DNA from: Acaryochloris thomasi RCC1774
GTDB lineage: Bacteria; Cyanobacteriota; Cyanobacteriia; Thermosynechococcales; Thermosynechococcaceae
Direction: 5' to 3'
Assembly (NCBI RefSeq): GCF_003231495.1
Contig: NZ_PQWO01000002.1
Location: 420,001 to 452,000 of the forward strand
Length of the DNA: 32,000 nt
A program made the translations under genes and the position numbers. The notes under the pieces were generated by a model, which was given only the letters and a program-made list of their open reading frames with translations, was not told where the DNA came from and did not search any database. Below, piece after piece: positions 8,839 to 18,030 of the stretch; the first letter of the stretch is position 1; each line of letters opens with the position of its first letter.

Positions 8839-9300
8839 ATGATCAAGAAGAACAGATTACGACTTCTGATCAGCTTTGGTGCAGGCTTTATATCGGTCTT
8901 GCTTTTGCATCAGGGTGTACTGGCCCTGCTGAACAGAGTGGAGTTTATCCCGGTATCACCCTACTCATTGAAGTCAACCCAACCTCTGGGCATTCCACAG
9001 GTCTTTTCATCCGCTTTTTGGGGAGGTCTATGGGGAATTGCGCTGAGCCTATTTGGCTCCCGAATTAAGGGCAATACTCGTTATTGGGTCACTACTTTAC
9101 TGTTTGGGGCATTCGCACCCACCGCCGTTTTTCTATTTGTTGTCCTGCCTCTCAAAGGTCTACCCATTGCGGGGGGATGGCAGCCTAACCTGATCGCCAC
9201 TGGTTTGATGGTCAATGGTGCTTGGGGATTGGGTGTTGCCTCGGTTATCCGGTGGCTTTCTAGAGAAGGCGGCAGGGACAAAGAGGCGAGAAGCGTGTAA
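8839..9300 (+). CDS. Small integral membrane protein of unknown function (about 4 TM helices), likely TetR-controlled
   Basis: ATG at 8839 is preceded by GGAG 8 nt upstream (the ORF track starts at TTG 8821). Four hydrophobic stretches. Divergent from the TetR gene. Confidence 0.55.
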   Translation: MIKKNRLRLLISFGAGFISVLLLHQGVLALLNRVEFIPVSPYSLKSTQPLGIPQVFSSAFWGGLWGIALSLFGSRIKGNTRYWVTTLLFGAFAPTAVFLFVVLPLKGLPIAGGWQPNLIATGLMVNGAWGLGVASVIRWLSREGGRDKEARSV

Positions 9301-9366
9301 GTCGGCAACTGCTCTAGTGACCTGCATTATTCGTTATCAATTGCCGCTCAGTGGAGATATACCCAA

Positions 9367-10047
9367 ATGTCCAACCCCAAAGTCATTATCTTTGACGTTA
9401 ATGAAACACTTTTAGATCTGAAACCTTTGCGGACCTCAGTCGGTGCCGTTCTAAAGGGTCGGGAAGATCTGCTTCCTTTGTGGTTCTCAACCATGCTGCA
9501 CTATTCGCTGGTAGAGACCCTAGTAGGCGACTATCACGACTTTGGAGAGATCGGGACTGCGGCCCTCATCATGGTTGCCAAACAACAGGGTTTCGATCTC
9601 GAACACTCGACAGCACGGCAGGCAATTGTCGGCTCAATTACAAACTTGCCGCCCCATCCAGACGTTAAGGAAGGACTTGCAGCCCTCTCTCAATCTGGGT
9701 TTCGCCTCATCAGCCTCACGAATTCCTCGAATAAAGGGGTGGCGACCCAATTTCAGAACGCAGGGCTAACCGACTATTTCGAACGACGGTTCAGCGTGGA
9801 AGATGTCCGCACCTACAAGCCCGATCCTCGTCCATACCGTTGGGCTTTGAAAGAGATCGGTGTGCAGCCAGAAGAAGCCCTAATGGTTGCAGCTCATGCC
9901 TGGGATCTCGCCGGTGCAAAAGCGGTAGGGCTGCAAACGGCCTTTATTCAAAGACCGGGGACAACGCTGTACCCAAACACAACGCCTCCTGACTCCGTTG
10001 TCGCTGACTTAAACCAACTCGTACAACAACTCATTTCACAGCAATAG
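9367..10047 (+). CDS. Haloacid dehalogenase type II (HAD superfamily hydrolase)
   Basis: The N-terminal IIFDVNETLLDL supplies the HAD motif I nucleophile Asp. The ...SLTNSS..., ...YKPDPRPY... and ...AHAWDLAGA... motifs are typical of L-2-haloacid dehalogenase-type HADs. Confidence 0.8.
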   Translation: MSNPKVIIFDVNETLLDLKPLRTSVGAVLKGREDLLPLWFSTMLHYSLVETLVGDYHDFGEIGTAALIMVAKQQGFDLEHSTARQAIVGSITNLPPHPDVKEGLAALSQSGFRLISLTNSSNKGVATQFQNAGLTDYFERRFSVEDVRTYKPDPRPYRWALKEIGVQPEEALMVAAHAWDLAGAKAVGLQTAFIQRPGTTLYPNTTPPDSVVADLNQLVQQLISQQ

Positions 10048-10173
10048 CTCACAGACGTGGCAACTCAATGCCTATTGCGCTGATGAGCGCTTTACGGCTC
10101 CAAGTCTATTTCGATATCGAGCAACGCTCTCTCAATTCTCAACCACCTGTATATTTCTAAAGGATTTACAACC

Positions 10174-11052
10174 ATGTCTAAAGTAAACACAGTGCGTTAC
10201 GGCACAGAAAAAGTTGACGGTCTAGATATTTTTTATCGCGAGGCCGGAGATCCTTCCAAAAAAGCTGTTGTATTGCTGCACGGCTTTCCTCACTCTTCGC
10301 ATATGTACCGGGATGTCTTGGCCGCGTTGGGAGATGAATATTATCTAATTGCCCCTGACTATCCAGGCTTTGGCGATAGTAGTTTCCCTAGCGTGCAGGA
10401 GTACACCTACACCTTCGACAATTTCGCTGAAACCATCGATAAATTTCTGATTCAGCGGGGTTTGAACAGCTACGTGCTGATGATTCAAGATTACGGCGCA
10501 CCCGTTGGCTATCGAATTGCCACCAAGCACCCTGAAAAAGTGAAGGGCTTCGTGGTCATGAACGGCAATGCCTACGAAGAAGGACTCTCTCCTGAAGGCT
10601 GGGGACCGATTTTTCAGTACTGGAAAGGCAAAACGCCAGAACTAGAAGCAGGAATCGCAGGACAGGTCTTTAGCCCTGACGGTTTGAAGTGGCAGTATAC
10701 GCACGGCACCCGTAATCCCGACGGCATTTCACCCGATAGCTGGAATCTCGATATCACTAAATTCGCCCGCGAAGGACAGCACCAGATGCAGTTGGAGCTG
10801 TTTTACGACTACCAAAACAACGTTAAGCTCTATCCTGCTTGGCAACAATATCTACGTGATCAACAGCCGCCGATGCTGCTGGTTTGGGGCAAAAATGATG
10901 CCTTTTTCCCGGAACCTGGTGCTGAGGCGTACAAGCGCGATGTCCAAAATATCGATTACAACATCTTGGATACAGGCCATTTCGCTCTGGAAGAGGAAGG
11001 TGAGTTCATCATCACAAAAATGCGTTCTTTCCTAAGCGATCGCGTTCACTAA
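10174..11052 (+). CDS. Alpha/beta hydrolase fold protein (epoxide-hydrolase/haloalkane-dehalogenase-like)
   Basis: LLHGFPHSSHMYRDV (oxyanion HG motif), nucleophile-elbow region IQDYGAP and a C-terminal DTGHFALEE catalytic-His region. Confidence 0.8.
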   Translation: MSKVNTVRYGTEKVDGLDIFYREAGDPSKKAVVLLHGFPHSSHMYRDVLAALGDEYYLIAPDYPGFGDSSFPSVQEYTYTFDNFAETIDKFLIQRGLNSYVLMIQDYGAPVGYRIATKHPEKVKGFVVMNGNAYEEGLSPEGWGPIFQYWKGKTPELEAGIAGQVFSPDGLKWQYTHGTRNPDGISPDSWNLDITKFAREGQHQMQLELFYDYQNNVKLYPAWQQYLRDQQPPMLLVWGKNDAFFPEPGAEAYKRDVQNIDYNILDTGHFALEEEGEFIITKMRSFLSDRVH

Positions 11053-11131
11053 GCATGCATTTTTTCGCGGCGTTGGAATCACCCACTCTAACTGCCGCGA
11101 ACTCACCCACATCAGCTATGAGACATGGACG

Positions 11132-12304
11132 ATGCTAAACCCTAATCTGGAAGAAATTGAACTCAGTCGAGGAGAATACGAGCACTTCTCTCGCCATATC
11201 ATCCTGCCGGAGGTGGGCCTCAACGGCCAAAAGCGCCTCAAAGCAGCTAGCGTTTGCTGCATTGGCACTGGCGGTCTCGGCTCTCCCCTGCTGCTATACC
11301 TAGCAGCGGCTGGTATCGGTCGAATTGGGATCGTCGATTTTGATGTCGTCGATCGCTCTAACCTACAGCGCCAGATTATTCACGGTACTGCTTGGGTGGG
11401 GAAGCCCAAAATCGCATCGGCCAAGGCCCGCATTCACGAGATCAACCCCTTCTGCCAAGTTGATCTTTACGAGGCGCGACTCTCGTCGGACAATGTCCTC
11501 GATATTCTTGCACCCTACGATGTCGTGATCGATGGTACCGATAACTTCCCCACGCGCTACCTGACTAATGATGCCTGTGTCTTGCTGAATAAACCCAACG
11601 TTTACGGATCAATCTTCCGCTTTGAAGGCCAAGCGACGGTCTTCAACTATGAAGGGGGACCGAACTACCGCGATTTGTATCCTGAGCCCCCGCCTCCAGG
11701 GATGGTGCCTTCCTGTGCTGAGGGCGGTGTCTTGGGTGTTCTCTGCGGAATGATCGGTTCGATTCAGGCCACCGAGACCATCAAAATTATTCTAGGTCTG
11801 TCGAATACTCTCAGTGGTCGCCTGCTGCTCTACGATTCTCTAAAGATGAAGTTTCGGGAGCTGACTCTGCGGCCTAACCCCATCCGTCCAGTGATCGAGG
11901 AATTAGTAGACTACGAGCAGTTTTGTGGTATCCCGCAGGCTCGTGCTCAGGAGGAACAGCAGCGTCAGCAACTAGCTGAAATGGATGTACAGGAACTCAA
12001 GTTACTTCTCGACTCGGACATCAATGATTACGTGCTCATTGATGTCCGAGATCCCAATGAGTTCGAGATTGCTAAAATTCCGGGTGCAACGCTAATCCCC
12101 TTGTCGGAGATTGAAGAAGGTCTTGGGATCGAAAAGGTGACATCTCTTGCCAACGGCCATCGCATCATTGCTCATTGCAAACTGGGTGGACGCTCGGCCA
12201 AAGCCCTCAGCATTCTCAAAGGAGTGGGTATTGATGGAGTCAATGTAAAGGGTGGCATTCTAGCCTGGAGTCAAGAAGTGGACTCTTCCGTTCCTCAGTA
12301 CTAG
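11132..12304 (+). CDS. moeB: MoeB/ThiF-type adenylyltransferase with C-terminal rhodanese domain (molybdopterin-synthase adenylyltransferase/sulfurtransferase)
   Basis: RHIILPEVGLNGQKRL...IGTGGLGSPLLLYLAAAGIGRIGIVDFDVVDRSNLQRQIIH is the E1-like nucleotide-binding fold. The C-terminal rhodanese domain has the active-site loop HCKLGGRS. Confidence 0.85.
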   Translation: MLNPNLEEIELSRGEYEHFSRHIILPEVGLNGQKRLKAASVCCIGTGGLGSPLLLYLAAAGIGRIGIVDFDVVDRSNLQRQIIHGTAWVGKPKIASAKARIHEINPFCQVDLYEARLSSDNVLDILAPYDVVIDGTDNFPTRYLTNDACVLLNKPNVYGSIFRFEGQATVFNYEGGPNYRDLYPEPPPPGMVPSCAEGGVLGVLCGMIGSIQATETIKIILGLSNTLSGRLLLYDSLKMKFRELTLRPNPIRPVIEELVDYEQFCGIPQARAQEEQQRQQLAEMDVQELKLLLDSDINDYVLIDVRDPNEFEIAKIPGATLIPLSEIEEGLGIEKVTSLANGHRIIAHCKLGGRSAKALSILKGVGIDGVNVKGGILAWSQEVDSSVPQY

Positions 12305-12349
12305 ATGGCTTAGCTCGTCAGCGGCAGCACTCAACTTGTCGCAGTTTCA

Positions 12350-13147
12350 ATGATCAACATCCAGATTTTAAGGAGGAAACAGCCATTGATTAGGAACATC
12401 TATCGATACCCTGTCAAAGGTCTTTCTGGCGAAGAATTGGCAACTGTCACTTTGCTGGAGGGGCGGGGGATGCCGCTGGATCGACGGTTTGCGATCGCAC
12501 GCAGTCCAGACGTATTTGACCCAGATCATCCAGTCGCGAAACCAAAAGGGCAATTTTTGATGTTGATGCGTGATGAAGGGTTGGCGCTTTTAAATACGCG
12601 CTTTGATGATGCTAGCGGTCGCCTTTCTATTGAGCAAGATGGCATTGAGAAACTCAACGTATCTCTTGATGACGCCAATGATCGCAGCCGGCTTGCTCAA
12701 TTTTTGAAGATACATCTCAGGGTCGACAAGATTGAACCCGTAGTTGTCTCTGCCACAGACCACAAATTTACAGACATCAGCGTCGTCTCCCCTCAGAAGA
12801 TGAATGCCGTTTCACTGATCAATCTCTCCTCGGTAAAGGCTCTGGGCGCCGCGATCGGTCAAGACATTGATCACCGTCGATTTCGAGCCAACTTCTACTT
12901 TGACGGCGTTGAACCCTGGTCCGAGTTTGACTGGATGGATAAGGACATCACTCTCGGTGGGACTCGCTTGCGGGTGACCATGCGTACGAAGCGATGTCCG
13001 GCAACCCAGGTTAATCCTGAAACCGCTCAACGCGATATCGATGTTCCCAGAGAACTGAAACATCACTTCGGCCATTCAGACATAGGCGTATACGCAGAAG
13101 TTATTGAAGGGGGAGAGGTATCAGTAGGTGCACCGCTGAGCTTCTGA
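12350..13147 (+). CDS. MOSC domain-containing protein (MOSC_N beta-barrel plus MOSC)
   Basis: YRYPVKGLSGEEL is typical of the N-terminal beta-barrel. The RFRANFYF...RCPATQVNPET region carries the conserved MOSC cysteine. Confidence 0.8.
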   Translation: MINIQILRRKQPLIRNIYRYPVKGLSGEELATVTLLEGRGMPLDRRFAIARSPDVFDPDHPVAKPKGQFLMLMRDEGLALLNTRFDDASGRLSIEQDGIEKLNVSLDDANDRSRLAQFLKIHLRVDKIEPVVVSATDHKFTDISVVSPQKMNAVSLINLSSVKALGAAIGQDIDHRRFRANFYFDGVEPWSEFDWMDKDITLGGTRLRVTMRTKRCPATQVNPETAQRDIDVPRELKHHFGHSDIGVYAEVIEGGEVSVGAPLSF

Positions 13148-13321
13148 TATCCCACAACTTGTTGGGGTTGATTCAAGACGGGCGAACAAACGAGAAAAAC
13201 GTCCGTAACTACTCCACAGAAAGACTTGTAGAAATTTTTGTTATTTACTCTAGCTGACTTGTACACTTTCCCACAATAAGGACAAAACCTATATTTAAGG
13301 GATGTTATAGCCCTCATTGCA

Positions 13322-13633
13322 ACCACAGCAATGGGATCTCAACTCCATGGCATAAGCAAAGCAGCACTTAGAGCGGGCATTCATCTATCGCGGACCAGGA
13401 GTTAGGGTACCCAGCAGGTGGGACAGAACTTCAACGCAGCAGTTGCCTCTACTGAATGCCCTTGCAATCCTTGGGCAACTGAACTTTTCAAGCGGATGTG
13501 TAGTGGACAAAAAACGCGTAGGAAAACTGCCATTGTTGCGGTTGCGAGAAAATTACTGGTGCGCTGCTGGGCCATGCTACGGCACAATCAACCTTGGAAC
13601 CCAGAGCTTGTACAACCACTGTCTGTTTGAAAG
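13322..13633 (+). pseudogene. IS110-family transposase, C-terminal remnant (Transposase_20 region) with an in-frame stop
   Basis: Translation reads ...LRAGIHLSRTRS*GTQQVGQNF...QKTRRKTAIVAVARKLLVRCWAMLRHNQPW, matching the conserved IS110 C-terminus (K-x-AIVA-x-ARKLL-x-W-x-ML). No DEDD N-terminal domain is present upstream. Confidence 0.6.
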
Positions 13634-13842
13634 AGAGAGTTTCAACATACCTGACTCAAATCGTTAGCTGAGAAATATTGTTCAATTGGATTTCCTGAAT
13701 GTGAGCTTGTGGCTATGCCTAATCTCGCAGAGAAGATTGCTACCTTGAGTGAGCTACGTTCCATCTTGTGAATACTCTTGAGACTCTGCATTACAGGCTT
13801 TCCAGAACTCAGAAGATTCGGAAGCATTGATACCTCGGATAG

Positions 13843-14195
13843 TCGGCTAGAAACCAATCTGATCATTTATCCAAGCAAGCGCAATACACCGCTTCGTCCT
13901 GTTTTAAGAGGAATGGGAAGTCTGGCCTGTCAAGCATTACGGAAAGTCAGGAAGAAAAACGCTCAAACTATATTGATACATTTACGGCTTCATAGCCGGA
14001 ATGACCCCTCTGGGGGGTGATCAACTCATGTTTGCTGATTATGTTCTGTTTGGAATCCTCAAGTGGCTAGATATCGTGAGTGCTTACAAGCCTATCGATG
14101 ATGCCAGTTCGGTGGGTCAGTGGTTTGATCGCTTAGAGGGTCTATATGGCGAACATGCGGCGAGGGTTCCCACTGTCCGTACCAGAATCAGTTGA
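13843..14195 (+). pseudogene. Glutathione S-transferase, frameshifted C-terminal fragment
   Basis: The 14001-14195 ORF reads ...PLGGDQLMFADYVLFGILKWLDIVSAYKPIDDASSVGQWFDRLEGLYG, a GST C-terminal-domain pattern. An upstream piece in another frame (...KRNGKSGLSSITESQEEKRSNYIDTFT) joins it near 13985-13995. No N-terminal thioredoxin-like domain was found. Confidence 0.5.
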
Positions 14196-14248
14196 CAGCA
14201 CTCAGACAGCCACTGACAATAAATTTGTCTCCATTGCCCGTCATCACC

Positions 14249-14533
14249 ATGTCTCCCACTTGGATTAATCAGCCTGACCGCAGCGACCCCAGATATCGTC
14301 GCTATGGCGATCGCATCAATTTCGCCTTCAACATTATTATGTTCCTCTTTATCATGTCTGGGGTTTGGTTCTTTAAGCTGCTTAAGCATGCAGATTGGGG
14401 CTGGACTGCAAACCTAACGTGGGGCTGGCTAGCGACGATTGTGCTGCAGGGGGTTTATGTGTTTGCGATCGCAAACTACGACGGCTTTGAAAACTCTCCG
14501 CCAATTCAGAGCTCCTCAAAGAAGAAAGAATAG
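14249..14533 (+). CDS. Small membrane protein, 2TM-domain-like
   Basis: ATG at 14249 (MSPTWINQ...). A basic stretch RYRRYGDRINF is followed by two hydrophobic helices with a W/G-rich linker. Family assignment is by resemblance only. Confidence 0.5.
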   Translation: MSPTWINQPDRSDPRYRRYGDRINFAFNIIMFLFIMSGVWFFKLLKHADWGWTANLTWGWLATIVLQGVYVFAIANYDGFENSPPIQSSSKKKE

Positions 14534-14713
14534 CTGCAGCTTTCCTGATTTCACGATTTGGAACTCTAGGTATAACTGTATTGTGTCGAATCTGACGCTA
14601 AGGCTGAGCGGGTGCGTCGCAAGTTTTGGGTGGCTGTCCCCAAATTCAGCGGGTATCCTAGATTGAGGGGATGTTGATATCCTCTGCGGTGTATTGTGTT
14701 CACGGTTAAGCCC

Positions 14714-15010
14714 ATGACGTCTCAAGAGATCGAAGATTTAGCTGCCGAAATTGGTGAAAACGTCTATATCGACGTTGCGAAATGGCACCTTTTTTTGGCG
14801 GAAGCGCATCTGCATACGGTTTTAGCAGAACAGTTTGCACCCATGCTCCAGGACGGGACCGTGACCGCAACACAGGTTTCTCAAGTCCTGGCAAATATCT
14901 CTGTGCCTGTCGGGGGTGGGCAACAGGAGCTACCGCTGCAGTCGCTGGTGCCTAAAGCCTGCCAGTCTTCACTGGTTGATCTGCTGGAAGACTTCCAACG
15001 CCGTCTATAA
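14714..15010 (+). CDS. Conserved cyanobacterial hypothetical protein (DUF3181-like)
   Basis: The LAAEIGENVYIDVAKWHLFLAEAHLH motif matches what I recall for DUF3181. The ORF track opens at 14696; ATG 14714 (MTSQEIEDL) is the more likely start. Confidence 0.55.
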   Translation: MTSQEIEDLAAEIGENVYIDVAKWHLFLAEAHLHTVLAEQFAPMLQDGTVTATQVSQVLANISVPVGGGQQELPLQSLVPKACQSSLVDLLEDFQRRL

Positions 15011-15049
15011 ATCTATCTCTGCTGCCCGCTAGCCCCACGCCCAACTCCA

Positions 15050-16807
15050 GTGAGTGACCAACCTAAATTTTTGCGCCGCGTTCAGAACGGCAAAGTGGTC
15101 TATGTGCCACAACCGTCAGCATCCGGTGCTCTCAATCCGCGTGCCAACTCTCCCGTACGTCGGCCTGTTCGCCGCCCTCGTCAACCGCTTACCTTAACCT
15201 TTGGACCTTGGCTGGCAACGGGATTACTGTTGAGTGTGGGGACCGCCTTGGCAGCCATCATTTGGCTGAGCTGGCTGGCACTGTCAAATCCTGATGCCGC
15301 CTTCTGGCTCAGTCGGTTTTTGCCCGCTAGTGAGGCTACAGACACACCGCAAACCGAGCAGCCCCGCACGCTAGAGCAAATTCAGCGGCACCTCAATACC
15401 GCCGATCGGCTACCCGGAACCCCGATTATTTTGACCGCCGACTTCAGTCTGCGTTCTCCGCTCAAGGCCGCTAATGATTTTCTGATTCCGATCTCTAGCC
15501 AGTCCTGTAAAGGAATCCCTTGTCCAAAATTAGCTGAGCTGCGCGTTTATCGCTCCCTAAAGCTTCCCTATCCCCTGCGGCTGTTTCAGGGCGAGCGCTA
15601 CTACCATCTTTTAGATCGGGTCACGGTTGAAGGGCCTACAGAAGCAGAGCTCATTAAGCTCGTGCAGCACTCTGATCTGGTCTCGCGTTCGTATTCTCTG
15701 CCGTTGACGAACCTGCAGCAGTACACATCGGCACCTCAGTCTGGGGTGTGGCTGCGACTCTCGGGCCTCAAGACTTCAGGCAGCTCCACCTCAGCTTACG
15801 GACAGGTTTTTTACTTTCACCCTGAGAAAGGCTACTTGGGCCTGATGCTGAACTGGGCGAGTCCTAAGGGAGCCTTCCCGGTGTGGCAGCAGGTGATTGA
15901 GGGGGGAGAACCTGAGCTACTGATTGATCAATCCGTTGGACTGGAACCCCAGTTTGCCGTCTATCAAGTTCAGGCGGCACCCACAGGAACGCTGCAGCTT
16001 CGTCCGATTCAGCTTAGTCAGCCTGCCTTTAAGCATCCGGTTTATACGCAAAGTCTTGCTCTTGCGCGGCAAGGTCTCTGGAAGCCCGCGCTCAATTTGC
16101 TGTTGACAGTGAAGAAGGCCCAGCCCCAGAAGTGGTCTCCACAGGCGCAGGCACAGCTAACGTTAATAGAGCGTCACGCTCAGGTGACCGAGGCCCGAGC
16201 GCGGGAGTCTTCCGCGAGTCCGATGCAGAGAATTTTAGCCTATACCGTCAATGGTTCTTGGCAGGCGGCACTGGCGGTTTTTGAAGATCAGAAAACGCGG
16301 CCCGAAGACGTACGCGCCATGCTGAGGTCTGATGCTGGGCGACTCAAAGGACGGGTCAATGCGACGTTGGCCGTGCAGCCTCGCCAGAAAGATGCTATTG
16401 CCTGGGGGGCGATGCTGACTCATGTTCAGCGAGGCCCCAGTGCTGCGATTGGCTGGACTCGGCAAAAGGCTCCAGGCGATCAGGCTTTGCTGAAGAAAGT
16501 CCAGACTTTGTTAGAGCGATTAGAAACGCGATCGATTCCTCAAACCCCTTCTCCCTTTGATGCGGCTAAACGAAAGCCCAAGCCTCAGCTTTCTGCACCT
16601 GCTCCCCCTCAAGCGGAGCGTTCACCGCTGCCTAAAGCCACGCCCGAACTGGAAACGGTTCCCGAGACACCGCAGCCGAGTACCTCTCCTAGTTCTAATG
16701 TTGGGGAGCTTGAGGAGCCGCTAAATCGCGTTGAGGGCAATACTCCTGTGCCTGTCTCAGAACCATCTGAAAACCCAAGGAACCCAGAGGAGTCGGTCGC
16801 GCTTTAG
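15050..16807 (+). CDS. Hypothetical membrane-anchored protein with Pro-rich C-terminal tail
   Basis: 585-aa ORF with a GTG start, a basic N-terminus and one TM helix (WLATGLLLSVGTALAAIIWLSWLAL). The C-terminal 80 aa are rich in P/S/E. No recognisable catalytic motif. Confidence 0.6.
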   Translation: MSDQPKFLRRVQNGKVVYVPQPSASGALNPRANSPVRRPVRRPRQPLTLTFGPWLATGLLLSVGTALAAIIWLSWLALSNPDAAFWLSRFLPASEATDTPQTEQPRTLEQIQRHLNTADRLPGTPIILTADFSLRSPLKAANDFLIPISSQSCKGIPCPKLAELRVYRSLKLPYPLRLFQGERYYHLLDRVTVEGPTEAELIKLVQHSDLVSRSYSLPLTNLQQYTSAPQSGVWLRLSGLKTSGSSTSAYGQVFYFHPEKGYLGLMLNWASPKGAFPVWQQVIEGGEPELLIDQSVGLEPQFAVYQVQAAPTGTLQLRPIQLSQPAFKHPVYTQSLALARQGLWKPALNLLLTVKKAQPQKWSPQAQAQLTLIERHAQVTEARARESSASPMQRILAYTVNGSWQAALAVFEDQKTRPEDVRAMLRSDAGRLKGRVNATLAVQPRQKDAIAWGAMLTHVQRGPSAAIGWTRQKAPGDQALLKKVQTLLERLETRSIPQTPSPFDAAKRKPKPQLSAPAPPQAERSPLPKATPELETVPETPQPSTSPSSNVGELEEPLNRVEGNTPVPVSEPSENPRNPEESVAL

Positions 16808-16986
16808 GGTTAAGAGGATGTTTGAGAATTCCAATATAGCTCTCCCCAGCCCCCCAATTCTGGAGGGAGAACGCCTACCTTTCCTTCGGAGGAGAGATAG
16901 AAAGTGTAAAAGTTCCCAAGCAACTGTTCAATGTCTGGTCTGAACTACTTTTCTATGCCGCTTGATAGATAAAGTCGAGCTAAGAG

Positions 16987-17016
16987 CTGGTCTTACATCT
17001 GGTCGTACATCTGGTC
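16987..17016. repeat. 12-bp tandem repeat, 2.5 copies (CTGGTCTTACAT CTGGTCGTACAT CTGGTC)
   Basis: Read directly from the sequence. Located 70-100 nt upstream of the argF start. Confidence 0.7.
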
Positions 17017-17085
17017 CACAAACCGGCCTATTTCTCTGTCAAAAAGGGCTATGCTAAGTCTTTAAGAAAGCGAAGGGAAGCACCT

Positions 17086-18006
17086 ATGGAGGCACTCGTC
17101 GGCAGGGATCTCTTGAGTTTGGCGGACTTGAGTGCGACTGAGCTACAGGGCGTGTTAACCCTGGCGACCCAGATGAAGCAGGGGACTGTGACGCCGGTCT
17201 CGAAAAAGGTTTTGGGGCTTTTGTTTACGAAGGCTTCGACCCGTACGAGGGTGAGTTTCTCTGTTGCCATGTATCAGCTTGGGGGGCAGGTGATTGACCT
17301 CAATCCCAGCGTGACGCAGGTGGGACGCGGGGAGCCGCTAGAAGATACGGCGCGAGTCCTAGATCGATATTTGGATGCGATCGCAATTCGGACCTATGAG
17401 CAGCAAGACCTAGAAACCTTTGCCCATAACGCTCAGATGCCGGTGATCAACGCTCTCACGGATCTTGCCCACCCCTGCCAGGTGCTGGCTGACTTGCAGA
17501 CCATTCAAGAGAACTTTGAGCAGCTCTCAGGTCTGACCCTCACGTACTTTGGTGACGGCAACAACATGGCCCATTCGCTGTTGCTGGGCTGTGCGCTCAC
17601 GGGAGTTAATATTCAGATTGCTGCGCCACCGGACTATCAACCGCTTGCCAACGTTGTACAAAAAGCTCGGCAGATTGCTTGTGATCGCAGTGAAATCACT
17701 ATCACCACAGACGCTAAGGCTGCTGCGGAAGGGGCACATATTTTATACACCGATGTATGGGCCAGCATGGGTCAAGAGGATTCTGCTGAGAGCCGTATCC
17801 CTCTGTTTGAGCCGTATCAGGTGAATTCAGAGCTTTTGGGTTTGGCGGATAGAGATGCGATCGTGCTGCACTGTTTACCTGCACATCGGGGTGAAGAGAT
17901 TACCCATGAGGTGATGGAAGGATCTCAGTCCCGCATTTGGGATCAGGCTGAGAATCGACTTCATGCTCAGAAGGCTTTATTGGCCTGCTTACTTGGCGCG
18001 AGTTGA
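17086..18006 (+). CDS. argF: Ornithine carbamoyltransferase
   Basis: The carbamoyl-phosphate motif STRTR (FTKASTRTRVSF), the ornithine-binding DxxxSMG (TDVWASMGQE) and [10 protein letters not shown] are all intact. 306 aa. Confidence 0.92.
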   Translation: MEALVGRDLLSLADLSATELQGVLTLATQMKQGTVTPVSKKVLGLLFTKASTRTRVSFSVAMYQLGGQVIDLNPSVTQVGRGEPLEDTARVLDRYLDAIAIRTYEQQDLETFAHNAQMPVINALTDLAHPCQVLADLQTIQENFEQLSGLTLTYFGDGNNMAHSLLLGCALTGVNIQIAAPPDYQPLANVVQKARQIACDRSEITITTDAKAAAEGAHILYTDVWASMGQEDSAESRIPLFEPYQVNSELLGLADRDAIVLHCLPAHRGEEITHEVMEGSQSRIWDQAENRLHAQKALLACLLGAS

Positions 18007-18012
18007 AGGTGT
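17816..18012 (+). repeat. Direct repeat copy 1: the argF 3' end within the intact gene
   Basis: Aligns without gaps to 18888-19085, with about 85% identity by hand alignment. The longest identical run is CATCGGGGTGAAGAGATTACCCATGA (26 nt). Confidence 0.85.
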
Positions 18013-18030
18013 GGCTTGCTTCCAGTTGTC

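Noticed and set aside
11053-11131. Possible Moco riboswitch or structured leader upstream of moeB (8-bp stem TTCGCGGC/GCCGCGAA at 11064-11101)
   Set aside because: The intergenic region is only 79 nt, too short for a Moco riboswitch. The stem encloses a 22-nt loop and has no further conserved features that I can recognise.
13063-13326. 87-aa minus-strand ORF with a CPYC motif (possible zinc-ribbon or thioredoxin-like small protein)
   Set aside because: It overlaps the MOSC gene 3' end by 85 nt on the opposite strand. The rest lies in AT-rich, apparently decayed DNA, and a single CxxC is insufficient evidence.
16993-17006. NtcA-like site within the tandem repeat upstream of argF
   Set aside because: The sequence is TAC-N8-GTA, the reverse arrangement of the NtcA consensus GTA-N8-TAC, so it does not match.
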